From positions 2,820,001 through 2,852,000 of the forward strand of contig NC_011979.1 in the NCBI RefSeq assembly GCF_000022265.1: 32,000 bases of DNA, read 5' to 3'. Made by a program: the position numbers and the translations under genes. Source of the stretch: Geotalea daltonii FRC-32. Lineage in GTDB: Bacteria > Desulfobacterota > Desulfuromonadia > Geobacterales > Geobacteraceae. Below are positions 9,627 to 17,412 of this stretch, one piece after another. Below the pieces are notes generated by a model. It searched no databases, was not told the origin of the DNA, and was given only the letters and a program-made list of their open reading frames with translations. Numbering within the stretch: the first letter of the stretch is position 1; every line of letters starts with the position of its first letter.

Positions 9627-9627
9627 G

Positions 9628-9824
9628 GAAGCGCGACTTTCTCGCCCTGGCTGCGTAAGTCTTCGAGGCCGGTTGTGCGGCGTAGCGCTGCTACGCCTCC
9701 GCCCGTCCCCTCGACAGCCTTGCCAGGACAAGAAATCCGCGCTCCTTTGCGAGCGAGCCTTTTCCGCTGCTACGCCTCCGCGCTCTTCCTCGGCGCCTTG
9801 ACCTGACGAAAAAATCTCGCTCGC
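9628..9824. repeat. two further long imperfect palindromes downstream of nifK
   Basis: Hairpin 9628-9745 has arms ...CCTGGC/GCCAGG... and the core GCGGCGTAGC-gct-GCTACGCC. Hairpin 9749-9824 has arms GCGAGCGAG/CTCGCTCGC and contains the half-element GCTACGCCTCCGCGCTCTTCCTCGGCGCC shared with copies A and B. Confidence 0.75.
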
Positions 9825-10040
9825 AGTTATTGTGAAAAAAACAAAAGGGCACTCTCAGAAACTTGTGAGTGCCCCCGGCAGGGAATTCATCTCCCCGGCG
9901 ATGGTGGAGAGTGGCAGCGCCTCTGCAACAAGATGGCCACCGGCAGCGGCAAAACCATCGTCATGGCTATGATCATTACCTTCTACGACATTTTCGACCT
10001 TTGCCCATCTGAGGCCATGCGCCAGAAGCTCAATCAGGAC

Positions 10041-10082
10041 AAAAAAAGAGATACTTGGCCATTGGCTAAGCATCTCTTTTTT
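10041..10082. terminator. bidirectional intrinsic terminator; on the - strand it ends the oxidase/cytochrome operon
   Basis: A7-AGAGAT...ATCTCT-T6, with inner pairing CTTGGCCA/TTGGCTAAG. It lies 55 nt downstream of the - strand stop at 10137. Confidence 0.6.
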
Positions 10083-10136
10083 GTTTATGCACAAGCCGTA
10101 AAATTGCTGTTGATACGCCAGGGATGACATCAGTAT

Positions 10137-11600
10137 TTATGGCTGTGAGTAACCATCCGAAAGTGTCTGTAAAAATTTCATCAGCGCCATGCCCTCAGGT
10201 GGTGTCAGGCCAAGATTTCCCATGTTTACCCGATCAATGTCGGTGCCCACTTCCGGTGCAGGAAAGCAAGTGGCACCTCCCATAGGGTCTTTCGGTGGGT
10301 CTGCACTGCTGCAGGGTGGCAGCACATCGCGCAAATTATAGAAGTGAACGATCTCCTGCAGGCTCTTGAAATAACCATTGTGCCCATAGGCTTTGACGAA
10401 ATCAGATGTCGGGCGTTTGTCCACATTACGTAGAGAAGGGGTTTTGTGCTTGCCATAATTCAATGTGGCATTCTGGACATAGTCCCTCGGGTTGCCGTAC
10501 AGGTCGGTCATGCCGGCAGTCTTTGCCAGGAAGCCCCCCAGCCCCTGATCGATCCAGGCCTCGCCCTGGGGGTTCCACTGCTTCGGCATCGAGTAAAACG
10601 GGTTGTCCGGGTTCTTCGGCATCCCCAGGTTGTGGTATCGGAAATCGGTCAACAGGGGTGCCTGACTGCCACGCATGGGCATGATGATGTGGCAGGTCGA
10701 ACATTTGCCCTTGGAATTGAAGAGGGCCAATCCCTTTAACTCAGCCTCGTCCAGACCGCGGTTCTTGAATTTGCTCCAGTTCATGCCGTTGATGTTTTGC
10801 ACCGGCGGCATCTTGCCCAATGAATTTTTCCAGAAGGCATCGAACTTGGAAGAAAATGGGTTTACCTCCGCTGATCGTTCATAGGCCGCCACGGATTTGC
10901 CGATGCGTTGATAGGTTCCCGTCACGTCCTTGACACAATCCAGGCTCTTTTCCCCCCATACCTGTTCAAAGAGATTCTCATAACCGGCTTTGCGCACCTG
11001 CAGGCAGAGATGCCGGGCGTTGGGGTTGTTCTGTTCCAGGGGATTAAGGAACGGGCCCATGGCCTGCTCGGCAAGGGGATCGCCCAGGACCCAGCCGCTG
11101 GCGCGACCATCCCAGAACATGCCGCCGACGAAGTCACCGCTGTTGCATGACATGCCACCCATGCCGCCACCACCCATGCCGCCACCACCCATGCCGCCAC
11201 CACCCATGCCGCCACCACCCATGCCACCACCACCCATGCCACCACCACCCATGCCACCACCGCCCATGCCACCACCGCCCATCATGTCGCCGCACTGGTG
11301 CAACAACGGATTGAAACCGGCATAGGCCGATGCAGGGGGTTTACGGTTACCATACCTGGTGTGGACTGCCCCTTCATAGACCCCCTTAGACAAATTGGTG
11401 GCGGAGTCCGGACCGGTCCAGCCAACTCCGGGGTCGTGGCACGAGGCACAAGACTGTCCGGGAGGGTTGGAAAGCCCTTTCTCAAAGAAGAGCAATTTTC
11501 CCAGTTCTTCAATGGGTGACAGTTCTGCCGCGGCACTGACTCCGCCGGTAATCAGCAATGCAACAGTTAATCCGATAACAATCTGCGTTTTTCTGCCCAT
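10137..11600 (-). CDS. di-heme cytochrome c peroxidase family (CCP/MauG-like) protein with (MGGGG)n insertion
   Basis: Two CxxCH motifs (CASCHDP, CSTCHI) and the signal peptide MGRKTQIVIGLTVALLITGGVSAAA. The start is set at ATG 11600 because of the strong SD GAGGAGGA. Confidence 0.8.
   Translation of the reverse strand: MGRKTQIVIGLTVALLITGGVSAAAELSPIEELGKLLFFEKGLSNPPGQSCASCHDPGVGWTGPDSATNLSKGVYEGAVHTRYGNRKPPASAYAGFNPLLHQCGDMMGGGGMGGGGMGGGGMGGGGMGGGGMGGGGMGGGGMGGGGMGGMSCNSGDFVGGMFWDGRASGWVLGDPLAEQAMGPFLNPLEQNNPNARHLCLQVRKAGYENLFEQVWGEKSLDCVKDVTGTYQRIGKSVAAYERSAEVNPFSSKFDAFWKNSLGKMPPVQNINGMNWSKFKNRGLDEAELKGLALFNSKGKCSTCHIIMPMRGSQAPLLTDFRYHNLGMPKNPDNPFYSMPKQWNPQGEAWIDQGLGGFLAKTAGMTDLYGNPRDYVQNATLNYGKHKTPSLRNVDKRPTSDFVKAYGHNGYFKSLQEIVHFYNLRDVLPPCSSADPPKDPMGGATCFPAPEVGTDIDRVNMGNLGLTPPEGMALMKFLQTLSDGYSQP
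11151..11282. repeat. in-frame 15-bp tandem repeat (8 full units plus a partial one) encoding (MGGGG)8
   Basis: CATGCCRCCACCRCC is repeated head-to-tail. The units fall into blocks of 4, 2 and 2 that differ by single synonymous changes. Confidence 0.95.
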
Positions 11601-11676
11601 GGATGTCCTCCTCTGTATAATGACTGCATCTACTGATTTGTTGGTGCACATTGATGCTGCAGCTAGTCCGGTTGCG

Positions 11677-13203
11677 TCACATGGGCATTCCTTCTGCCAT
11701 TATATCCCACACCCCCATCATGCCTATGTCCTCATGCTCAATGATGTGGCAGTGGAACATGGTCATGCCATCCCAGTCCATGACAGGTACCAGCAGCTTG
11801 ACGCTTCCCCATTTAGGGACGATGACCACATCCTTCCAGGCGGGGATCTTGGTGTAAAGGGAGGTATAGGCGGAATCGCCACCGGTTATGGATAATACCT
11901 GGGCTGAGTTGACGTGCTGGTGGAAGGGGTGATCCATGCCGCTCTGGTTGACGATCTCCCATACTTCCCAGCCCCCCAGGTGTGACATGATGGTGCAGGC
12001 GTTGTCCATGCCTAGGAAGGTCTGGCCGTTGATGTATCCTTTGCCCTGCATCATGCTCAGGGTAAGCCTGCGCTGTGGCAGAGCTGTCGTATCCATGGCA
12101 ACCCGTTTGGCATCCGTATTGATTGAGTCAGGCAGTGAACTATTCAGCTGGGAGCCTTTGTAGGAGAGGGTCAGGAGGGTGACCTGCTGTTGAGTGCTCA
12201 TGCCGCCACGGTTGTAGGGGAGGGAAAGGAAGCGGTAGCTCTTTTTCGCCTGGTTTGCCTTGACCAGGATATCTACACGCTCTCCCGGCGACAGGAGTAT
12301 TGAGGATACAGGATAGGGCTTATCCAGCAGACCGCCATCCGTGCCGATCAGATTGATGGAATGATTTTCCAGGGCAAGGTTGAAAAAGCGGGCATTGCAG
12401 GCATTGACGATCTGCCACCTCTGCACCTGTCCCGGCTGGATATTAAGCACCGGATTCACCTGGCCGTTGACCATGACCAGGTTCCCTTCCTTACCGTGCA
12501 TGTATTGCATGGTTGAAGTATAAGGCTCCGGCACCGATCCGCTCAGGGTAAGGTCTTTCAGCACCATGATGTGGGTTTCCAGGCCGACCAGTGCCGCTGT
12601 TTCATCCTCCACCACCAATGGACCGGCCAGTCCCCCCCAGTATTGTTCGGCGACAACCCCGTGCACGTGGGGATGGTAGAAGTTCAAGTGTCCCGGTTCT
12701 TCAAAGTCCATGCAGTAATTGTAATCGTAGATCTCTCCCGGATGCAGCTGGATCATCATGCTGTCAGCCGGCGGTTTGGGCGAGACATGGAGACCGTGGG
12801 TATGCAGGTTGGTGATGTTTTTGGTGTGGCCTAAAATGTTCTTTTCCGAAGTATGAGGGAGGAAGTTCTTCAACTGCACCAGAAGATTCTCTCCCCGCTT
12901 CGCCCGAATGGTTGGCCCGGGGAATGAACCGTTATAGGTGAGGAGGGTAGCAAGCGTCCCATTGACATTGATGCTGGTTTCCTCAATGGCCAACTCATAG
13001 ACACCATTGATGTTCTTTACCGCCTCGGGAGGATCACGGAAAACAGCTCCCGGCGGCGGGTTGATGATTGTCGTTCCTCCCCCCATACGGCTGTTGCCCA
13101 TCATAGCTTGTGCCAGCCCCGTGTGCAGACTCAGATACGCTCCGGTTATGCCACAAGAGCTAAGAGCCATGAACTTCCTTCTGCTGATCCTTTTTCTTGT
13201 CAC
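11677..13203 (-). CDS. three-domain multicopper oxidase (CueO/CopA/laccase-like), Tat-exported
   Basis: Twin-arginine signal SRRKFMALSS. Copper-ligand motifs HTHGLH, HPHVHG, HPFHQHVN and HCHIIEHEDIGMM. GTG start at 13203 with SD AAGGAGGG. Confidence 0.9.
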   Translation of the reverse strand: MTRKRISRRKFMALSSCGITGAYLSLHTGLAQAMMGNSRMGGGTTIINPPPGAVFRDPPEAVKNINGVYELAIEETSINVNGTLATLLTYNGSFPGPTIRAKRGENLLVQLKNFLPHTSEKNILGHTKNITNLHTHGLHVSPKPPADSMMIQLHPGEIYDYNYCMDFEEPGHLNFYHPHVHGVVAEQYWGGLAGPLVVEDETAALVGLETHIMVLKDLTLSGSVPEPYTSTMQYMHGKEGNLVMVNGQVNPVLNIQPGQVQRWQIVNACNARFFNLALENHSINLIGTDGGLLDKPYPVSSILLSPGERVDILVKANQAKKSYRFLSLPYNRGGMSTQQQVTLLTLSYKGSQLNSSLPDSINTDAKRVAMDTTALPQRRLTLSMMQGKGYINGQTFLGMDNACTIMSHLGGWEVWEIVNQSGMDHPFHQHVNSAQVLSITGGDSAYTSLYTKIPAWKDVVIVPKWGSVKLLVPVMDWDGMTMFHCHIIEHEDIGMMGVWDIMAEGMPM

Positions 13204-13344
13204 TTTGTTGCCCTCCTTTTAGTTTTTTTTACTGGTGTTCCAGGTCAGGTTACCTTTAGCCGGCTATCACCAGATTCATGAATAAAAGCATTTTACTTTT
13301 TGCAGAGGCAGGCTGAACTTGATCATTTTGGTGCAGTGGGCAAT

Positions 13345-13372
13345 AAAAAAGGCCTGTGGAAGCAGGCCCTTT
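13345..13372 (-). terminator. intrinsic terminator on the - strand upstream of the oxidase gene
   Basis: On the - strand: GGCCTG-cttcca-CAGGCC followed by T6. No annotated - strand gene lies upstream of it. Confidence 0.55.
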
Positions 13373-13649
13373 AGTCTGTTGCGTCGGCAAGGTCGTACAT
13401 ATCCGCATTATACTCTCCACGGAGATCTATTTGATAACAGGAAGCGGTACTGTCTGGGCGGGTTGAAGGAGGATTCTTCCGTTAGCAACTATACCTGTTT
13501 GTTAGAGTTTTGCAATAATTGCCCTCTTCATCACTCAATAATGCTCTTAAAGCGGATGGCTGCCCAAATTATAGGCATTTCCTTTGGGCAACAACGAAAA
13601 GAATCAGGCAACTGGCGGAAATAACGCAGAAGTTGAATCATGATCATCT

Positions 13650-13665
13650 TGGCACGGCAAATGCT
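13650..13665 (+). promoter_or_regulatory. sigma54 -24/-12 promoter of nifEN
   Basis: TGGCAC-ggcaa-ATGCT with canonical spacing, 115 nt upstream of ATG 13780. Confidence 0.65.
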
Positions 13666-13703
13666 CAAGAGACAGTAAAGCAATATCGCATATGCAGGTT
13701 ATT

Positions 13704-13747
13704 GGCAAAGGCGCCAACCATTTCATAGATGGGGGCGCCTTTTTTTT
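13704..13747 (+). promoter_or_regulatory. nifEN leader: hexaloop hairpin overlapping an intrinsic terminator
   Basis: GGC-AAAGGC-GCC (13704-13715). Terminator: GGCGCCAACCAT (13710-13721) / ATGGGGGCGCC (13729-13739), then T8 (13740-13747). Nearly the same sequence as the nifH leader at 5002-5043. Confidence 0.65.
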
Positions 13748-13779
13748 CAGGCTTCGCATTGATGAAAGGGAGACTAAAC

Positions 13780-16650
13780 ATGGCAAAGCCCGACTATTAT
13801 GATGTAACCGACTGCAAGACCAACGATGCAGGCGCACCCAAGTTCTGCAAAAAGTCCGAACCGGGTGAGGGGACCGAGCGCAGCTGTGCCTATGACGGTG
13901 CACGGGTCGTCCTCATGCCTATTACGGACGTCATTCACCTGGTCCATGGTCCCATCGCCTGTGCCGGTAATTCCTGGGACAACAGGGGGGCGCGCTCATC
14001 GGGGTCCCAGCTCTATCGACGAGGCTTTACCACCGAGATGCTGGAAAATGACGTGGTCTTCGGCGGCGAGAAGAAGCTCTACAAGGCGATCCTGGAAGTG
14101 GCAGGACGCTATCCCGAGGCCAAGGCCATCTTCGTTTATGCCACCTGTGTCACTGCCATGACCGGTGATGACGTGGAGGCGGTCTGCAAGGCTGCCGCGG
14201 AAAAGGTTGTCGTGCCTGTGATACCGGTGAATACTCCCGGCTTCATCGGCGACAAAAACATCGGCAACCGCCTGGCCGGCGAGATCCTCTTCAAGTATGT
14301 CATCGGCACCGCCGAGCCGCCGGTGCTGGGGGAATACTCAATTAATCTGATCGGCGAGTACAACATCGCCGGCGACCTGTGGGGCATGCTGCCGCTTTTC
14401 GATCGACTCGGTATCCGAATCCTTTCCTGCTTTTCCGGCGATGCCAAATTTGAAGAGCTGCGCTATGCCCACCGGGCCAGGCTCAACGTCATTATCTGTT
14501 CCAAATCCCTGACCAATCTTGCCAAGAAGATGCAGAAGACCTTCGGCATGCCTTACATCGAAGAATCCTTCTACGGCATGACCGATACGGCCAAGGCCCT
14601 CCGTGACATTGCCCGGGAACTGGACGACGCGGTGGGTGGGCTGGAAAAGCGGGTCATGCAGGACCGGGTGGAGAAACTTATCGAGGAGGAAGAGGCCAAG
14701 TGCCGGACTGCCATTGCCCCTTACCGGGCGAGGCTGGAAGGGAAGCGTGCGGTGCTTTTCACCGGCGGGGTCAAGACCTGGTCCATGGTCAATGCCCTGC
14801 GGGAACTGGGGGTTGAGATCCTGGCCGCCGGTACCCAGAACTCCACCCTTGAAGATTTTTATCGCATGAAAGGGCTGATGCATCAGGACGCGAAGATTAT
14901 AGAGGACACCTCCACCGCCGGTCTCCTCAAGGTGATGCAGGAGAAGATGCCCGATCTGATCGTGGCCGGGGGCAAGACCAAGTTCCTGGCCCTCAAGACC
15001 AGGACCCCCTTTCTCGATATCAATCATGGCCGCTCCCATCCCTATGCCGGTTACGAAGGAATGGTGACCTTTGCCAGGCAGCTGGATTTGACGGTAAACA
15101 ATCCCATCTGGCCAGCGCTCAATGCAGCATTTCCATGGGAAAAAAGCGCAATGGAGCTGGCAGCGGATGTGGCAGGGGCTGCAGGTCATGGGGAGCGGTT
15201 CCTTGCCTTGCCGATTCCGGCAGCCGAATCCTTGTGTCCCCCTCCTCTGTTGGGAAGGGGACAGGGGGAGGGGGCTGTCAGCCCAGCAGGCAACAGTGAT
15301 GGCAACGTCACCCTCTCCCCAACCCTCTCCCATCAAGGGGGAGTGAGAATTAAGCAGTCCACCGTCAATCCCCAGAAAAATTCGCCAGCCCTGGGAGCAA
15401 CCCTGGCTTTTCTTGGCATTGATGGGATGCTGGGCCTCCTCCATGGCGCCCAGGGGTGCAGCACCTTCATCCGTCTCCAGCTGTCCAGGCATTTCAAGGA
15501 ATCCATCGCCCTCAACTCCACAGCCATGAGCGAAGACACCGCCATCTTCGGCGGCTGGGAGAATCTGAAAAAGGGCATTGGCAGGGTTATCGAGAAGTTC
15601 GATCCAAGGGTTGTCGGGGTCATGACCTCGGGACTTACGGAAACCATGGGGGACGACGTGCGCAGTGCCATCGTGCACTTCCGCCGGGAAAATCCCCAGT
15701 ACGATCATGTTCCGGTCGTCTGGGCCTCGACCCCGGACTACTGCGGTTCCATGCAGGAAGGTTATGCAGCGGCTGTGGAGGCGATTGTCGATGCCCTGGT
15801 GGAGGAAGAGGACGAAGCGACCATTGTCACCCAAGTCAACCTCCTCCCCGGTGTGCATCTGACCCCAGCCGATGTGGAGGCGCTGAAGGAGATCACCGAG
15901 TCCTTTGGCCTCACGCCGGTGGTGATCCCGGATATTTCCAACGCCCTGGACGGCCACATCGACGACACCGTCTCCCCGCTCTCCACCGGGGGCATCACTG
16001 TGGAGCACATCCGGGCGGCTGGGCGTAGCGCGGCAACGCTCTATATTGGAGACTCCCTGGCAAAGGCAGCGCTGAAACTGAAGGAGCGCTGCGGCATTCC
16101 TGCCTACGGCTTTACTTCCGTTACCGGTCTCAAAGAGGTGGATATGCTCATGGAGACCCTGTCGGCCATCAGCGGCCGACCGATCCCGGAAAAGCATCGC
16201 CGCTGGCGCAGCAGGCTCACGGACGCCATGGTGGACAGCCATTACCAGTTTGGCAACAAGAAGGTTGCATTGGCCCTTGAGGCTGACAATCTGAAGACTT
16301 TGACCGGCTTTCTGGCAGGCATGGGGTGCGAAGTTCAGGCCGCGCTCTCTGCAACCAGAACCCGTGGGCTTGACGCTCTTCCCAGCGCTACTGTTTTTGT
16401 CGGAGACCTGGAGGACCTTGAGACCGCGGCTCTGGGGGCGGACCTGCTGGTGGCCAACTCCAACGGCCGTCAGGCAGCGGCGAAACTGGGGATCAAAGCC
16501 CATCTGCGGGCGGGCCTGCCCGTTTTCGATCGCCTGGGTGCCCACCAGAAGATGTGGGTGGGATACCGGGGGACCATGAACCTGGTTTTTGAAGTGGCGA
16601 ACATATTTCAGGCCAATGCAAAAGAATCGCAAAAACTGGCGCACAATTAG
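13780..16650 (+). CDS. nifEN: fused FeMo-cofactor scaffold NifE-NifN
   Basis: The N-terminal half is NifE-like (SCAYDGARVVLMPITDVIHLVHGPIACAGNSWD). The C-terminal half is NifN-like (NPQKNSPALGATLAFLGIDGMLGLLHGAQGCSTF). A low-complexity linker joins them. The start is set at ATG 13780 (SD GGGAG), because the track start at 13729 lies inside the leader terminator hairpin. Confidence 0.92.
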   Translation: MAKPDYYDVTDCKTNDAGAPKFCKKSEPGEGTERSCAYDGARVVLMPITDVIHLVHGPIACAGNSWDNRGARSSGSQLYRRGFTTEMLENDVVFGGEKKLYKAILEVAGRYPEAKAIFVYATCVTAMTGDDVEAVCKAAAEKVVVPVIPVNTPGFIGDKNIGNRLAGEILFKYVIGTAEPPVLGEYSINLIGEYNIAGDLWGMLPLFDRLGIRILSCFSGDAKFEELRYAHRARLNVIICSKSLTNLAKKMQKTFGMPYIEESFYGMTDTAKALRDIARELDDAVGGLEKRVMQDRVEKLIEEEEAKCRTAIAPYRARLEGKRAVLFTGGVKTWSMVNALRELGVEILAAGTQNSTLEDFYRMKGLMHQDAKIIEDTSTAGLLKVMQEKMPDLIVAGGKTKFLALKTRTPFLDINHGRSHPYAGYEGMVTFARQLDLTVNNPIWPALNAAFPWEKSAMELAADVAGAAGHGERFLALPIPAAESLCPPPLLGRGQGEGAVSPAGNSDGNVTLSPTLSHQGGVRIKQSTVNPQKNSPALGATLAFLGIDGMLGLLHGAQGCSTFIRLQLSRHFKESIALNSTAMSEDTAIFGGWENLKKGIGRVIEKFDPRVVGVMTSGLTETMGDDVRSAIVHFRRENPQYDHVPVVWASTPDYCGSMQEGYAAAVEAIVDALVEEEDEATIVTQVNLLPGVHLTPADVEALKEITESFGLTPVVIPDISNALDGHIDDTVSPLSTGGITVEHIRAAGRSAATLYIGDSLAKAALKLKERCGIPAYGFTSVTGLKEVDMLMETLSAISGRPIPEKHRRWRSRLTDAMVDSHYQFGNKKVALALEADNLKTLTGFLAGMGCEVQAALSATRTRGLDALPSATVFVGDLEDLETAALGADLLVANSNGRQAAAKLGIKAHLRAGLPVFDRLGAHQKMWVGYRGTMNLVFEVANIFQANAKESQKLAHN

Positions 16651-16741
16651 TTCCCGTCTTACCCCCTGCACTGTAGGGGGACTCAGGGTAGCTTTGAGCG
16701 CGAAATGGAAGCTTAAAGTCAACTCCAAGGAGGAATGAATA

Positions 16742-17128
16742 ATGAAAGTGGCATTTACCAGCAGTACGGGCGAGATAATCGACCAGCATTTCGGCATGTC
16801 GGACAGCTTCCATGTCTGGGAGATTGGTCCTGACGAAGCTCATTTCCTGGAGACGGTAAGGGTGGGTATTCATGGTGATGATGAAGAGGACAAAATAGGC
16901 GCACGGGCCGATGTGCTTCTTGATTGCGCCATCGTCTATACCATGCAGATCGGCGGGCCTGCAGCGGCCAAGCTGGTGGCGAGAAAAATAAATCCCATGA
17001 AAACAAATACGGAAGTTCCGGTTGCCGAGATTGTCGGCAAGCTTCAGGAAGTGCTCAGGGGGGCACCACCTCCCTGGCTGAGGAAGGCGATGAACAAGGA
17101 CAAACTTACATCCTTTCTGGATGAATAA
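16742..17128 (+). CDS. nifX: FeMo-cofactor carrier NifX
   Basis: MKVAFTSSTGEIIDQHFG belongs to the NifX/NifB-C-terminal family. SD AAGGAGGA. The gene lies directly after nifEN. Confidence 0.85.
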   Translation: MKVAFTSSTGEIIDQHFGMSDSFHVWEIGPDEAHFLETVRVGIHGDDEEDKIGARADVLLDCAIVYTMQIGGPAAAKLVARKINPMKTNTEVPVAEIVGKLQEVLRGAPPPWLRKAMNKDKLTSFLDE

Positions 17129-17148
17129 CAAAAATGGAGGATTGGACC

Positions 17149-17412
17149 ATGGCTTACATTACAGGATTGAGAAGAAACAAGACAGAATATACTCCCGAAT
17201 TCATCAAGGCGATCGATGAGGAAACTTGTATCGGCTGTGCCCGCTGCTACAAAGTATGCGCCCACGGGGTGCTGGCCTTCGAAGAGGTGGACGAGGACGA
17301 TTCGGCCAAGATGTTCATGCGGGTGGCGAATCCGGACAACTGCATCGGGTGTCAGGCGTGTGGCAGGACGTGTAGCAAGAAATGTTTCTCATTCGAGCCA
17401 GTGTTGGCATAA
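17149..17412 (+). CDS. 2x[4Fe-4S] ferredoxin, nif-specific ferredoxin III-like
   Basis: Two cluster motifs, CIGCARCYKVC and CIGCQACGRTC. Length 87 aa. The start at ATG 17149 is preceded by GGAGGA, and the track start at 17134 would lie on that SD. Confidence 0.85.
   Translation: MAYITGLRRNKTEYTPEFIKAIDEETCIGCARCYKVCAHGVLAFEEVDEDDSAKMFMRVANPDNCIGCQACGRTCSKKCFSFEPVLA

Noticed and set aside
9855-10130. 91-aa - strand ORF and 64-aa + strand ORF between nifK and the cytochrome gene.
   Set aside because: They overlap each other and two terminator hairpins. Only a short Walker A-like stretch is recognisable, and it is kept as a low-interest relic finding, not as a gene.
11151-11282. Regular 15-bp repeat array considered as a possible CRISPR or minisatellite.
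   Set aside because: There are no spacers, the units are contiguous, and the array is in frame within a cytochrome gene. It is a coding tandem repeat and is reported as such.
13319-13624. 101-aa + strand ORF in the oxidase/nifEN intergenic region. The 50-aa - strand ORF at 13256-13408 was also considered.
   Set aside because: The + ORF has a non-ATG start, no SD and no recognisable motifs. The - ORF runs through a terminator hairpin. The region is better explained as non-coding (see the orphan promoter-terminator finding).
13729-13779. ATG 13729 as the nifEN start.
   Set aside because: That ATG lies inside the leader terminator hairpin, at the loop / 3' arm junction. ATG 13780 has an SD (GGGAG) and gives the typical NifE N-terminus MAKPDYYD.
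14338-16797. 819-aa ORF antisense to nifEN. Other long antisense or alternate-frame ORFs lie at 6486-7586, 7806-8864, 5323-6153, 3476-4141, 4098-4898, 1044-1736, 18031-18633, 24409-25152, 26623-27180, 26880-27401, 27896-28780, 28916-29479, 30112-30705 and 31058-31300.
   Set aside because: They lie opposite or out of frame to genes with unmistakable family motifs. Their translations are low-complexity (Gly/Arg/Pro/Ala-rich), as expected for shadow ORFs in GC-rich coding DNA. None has a convincing SD.
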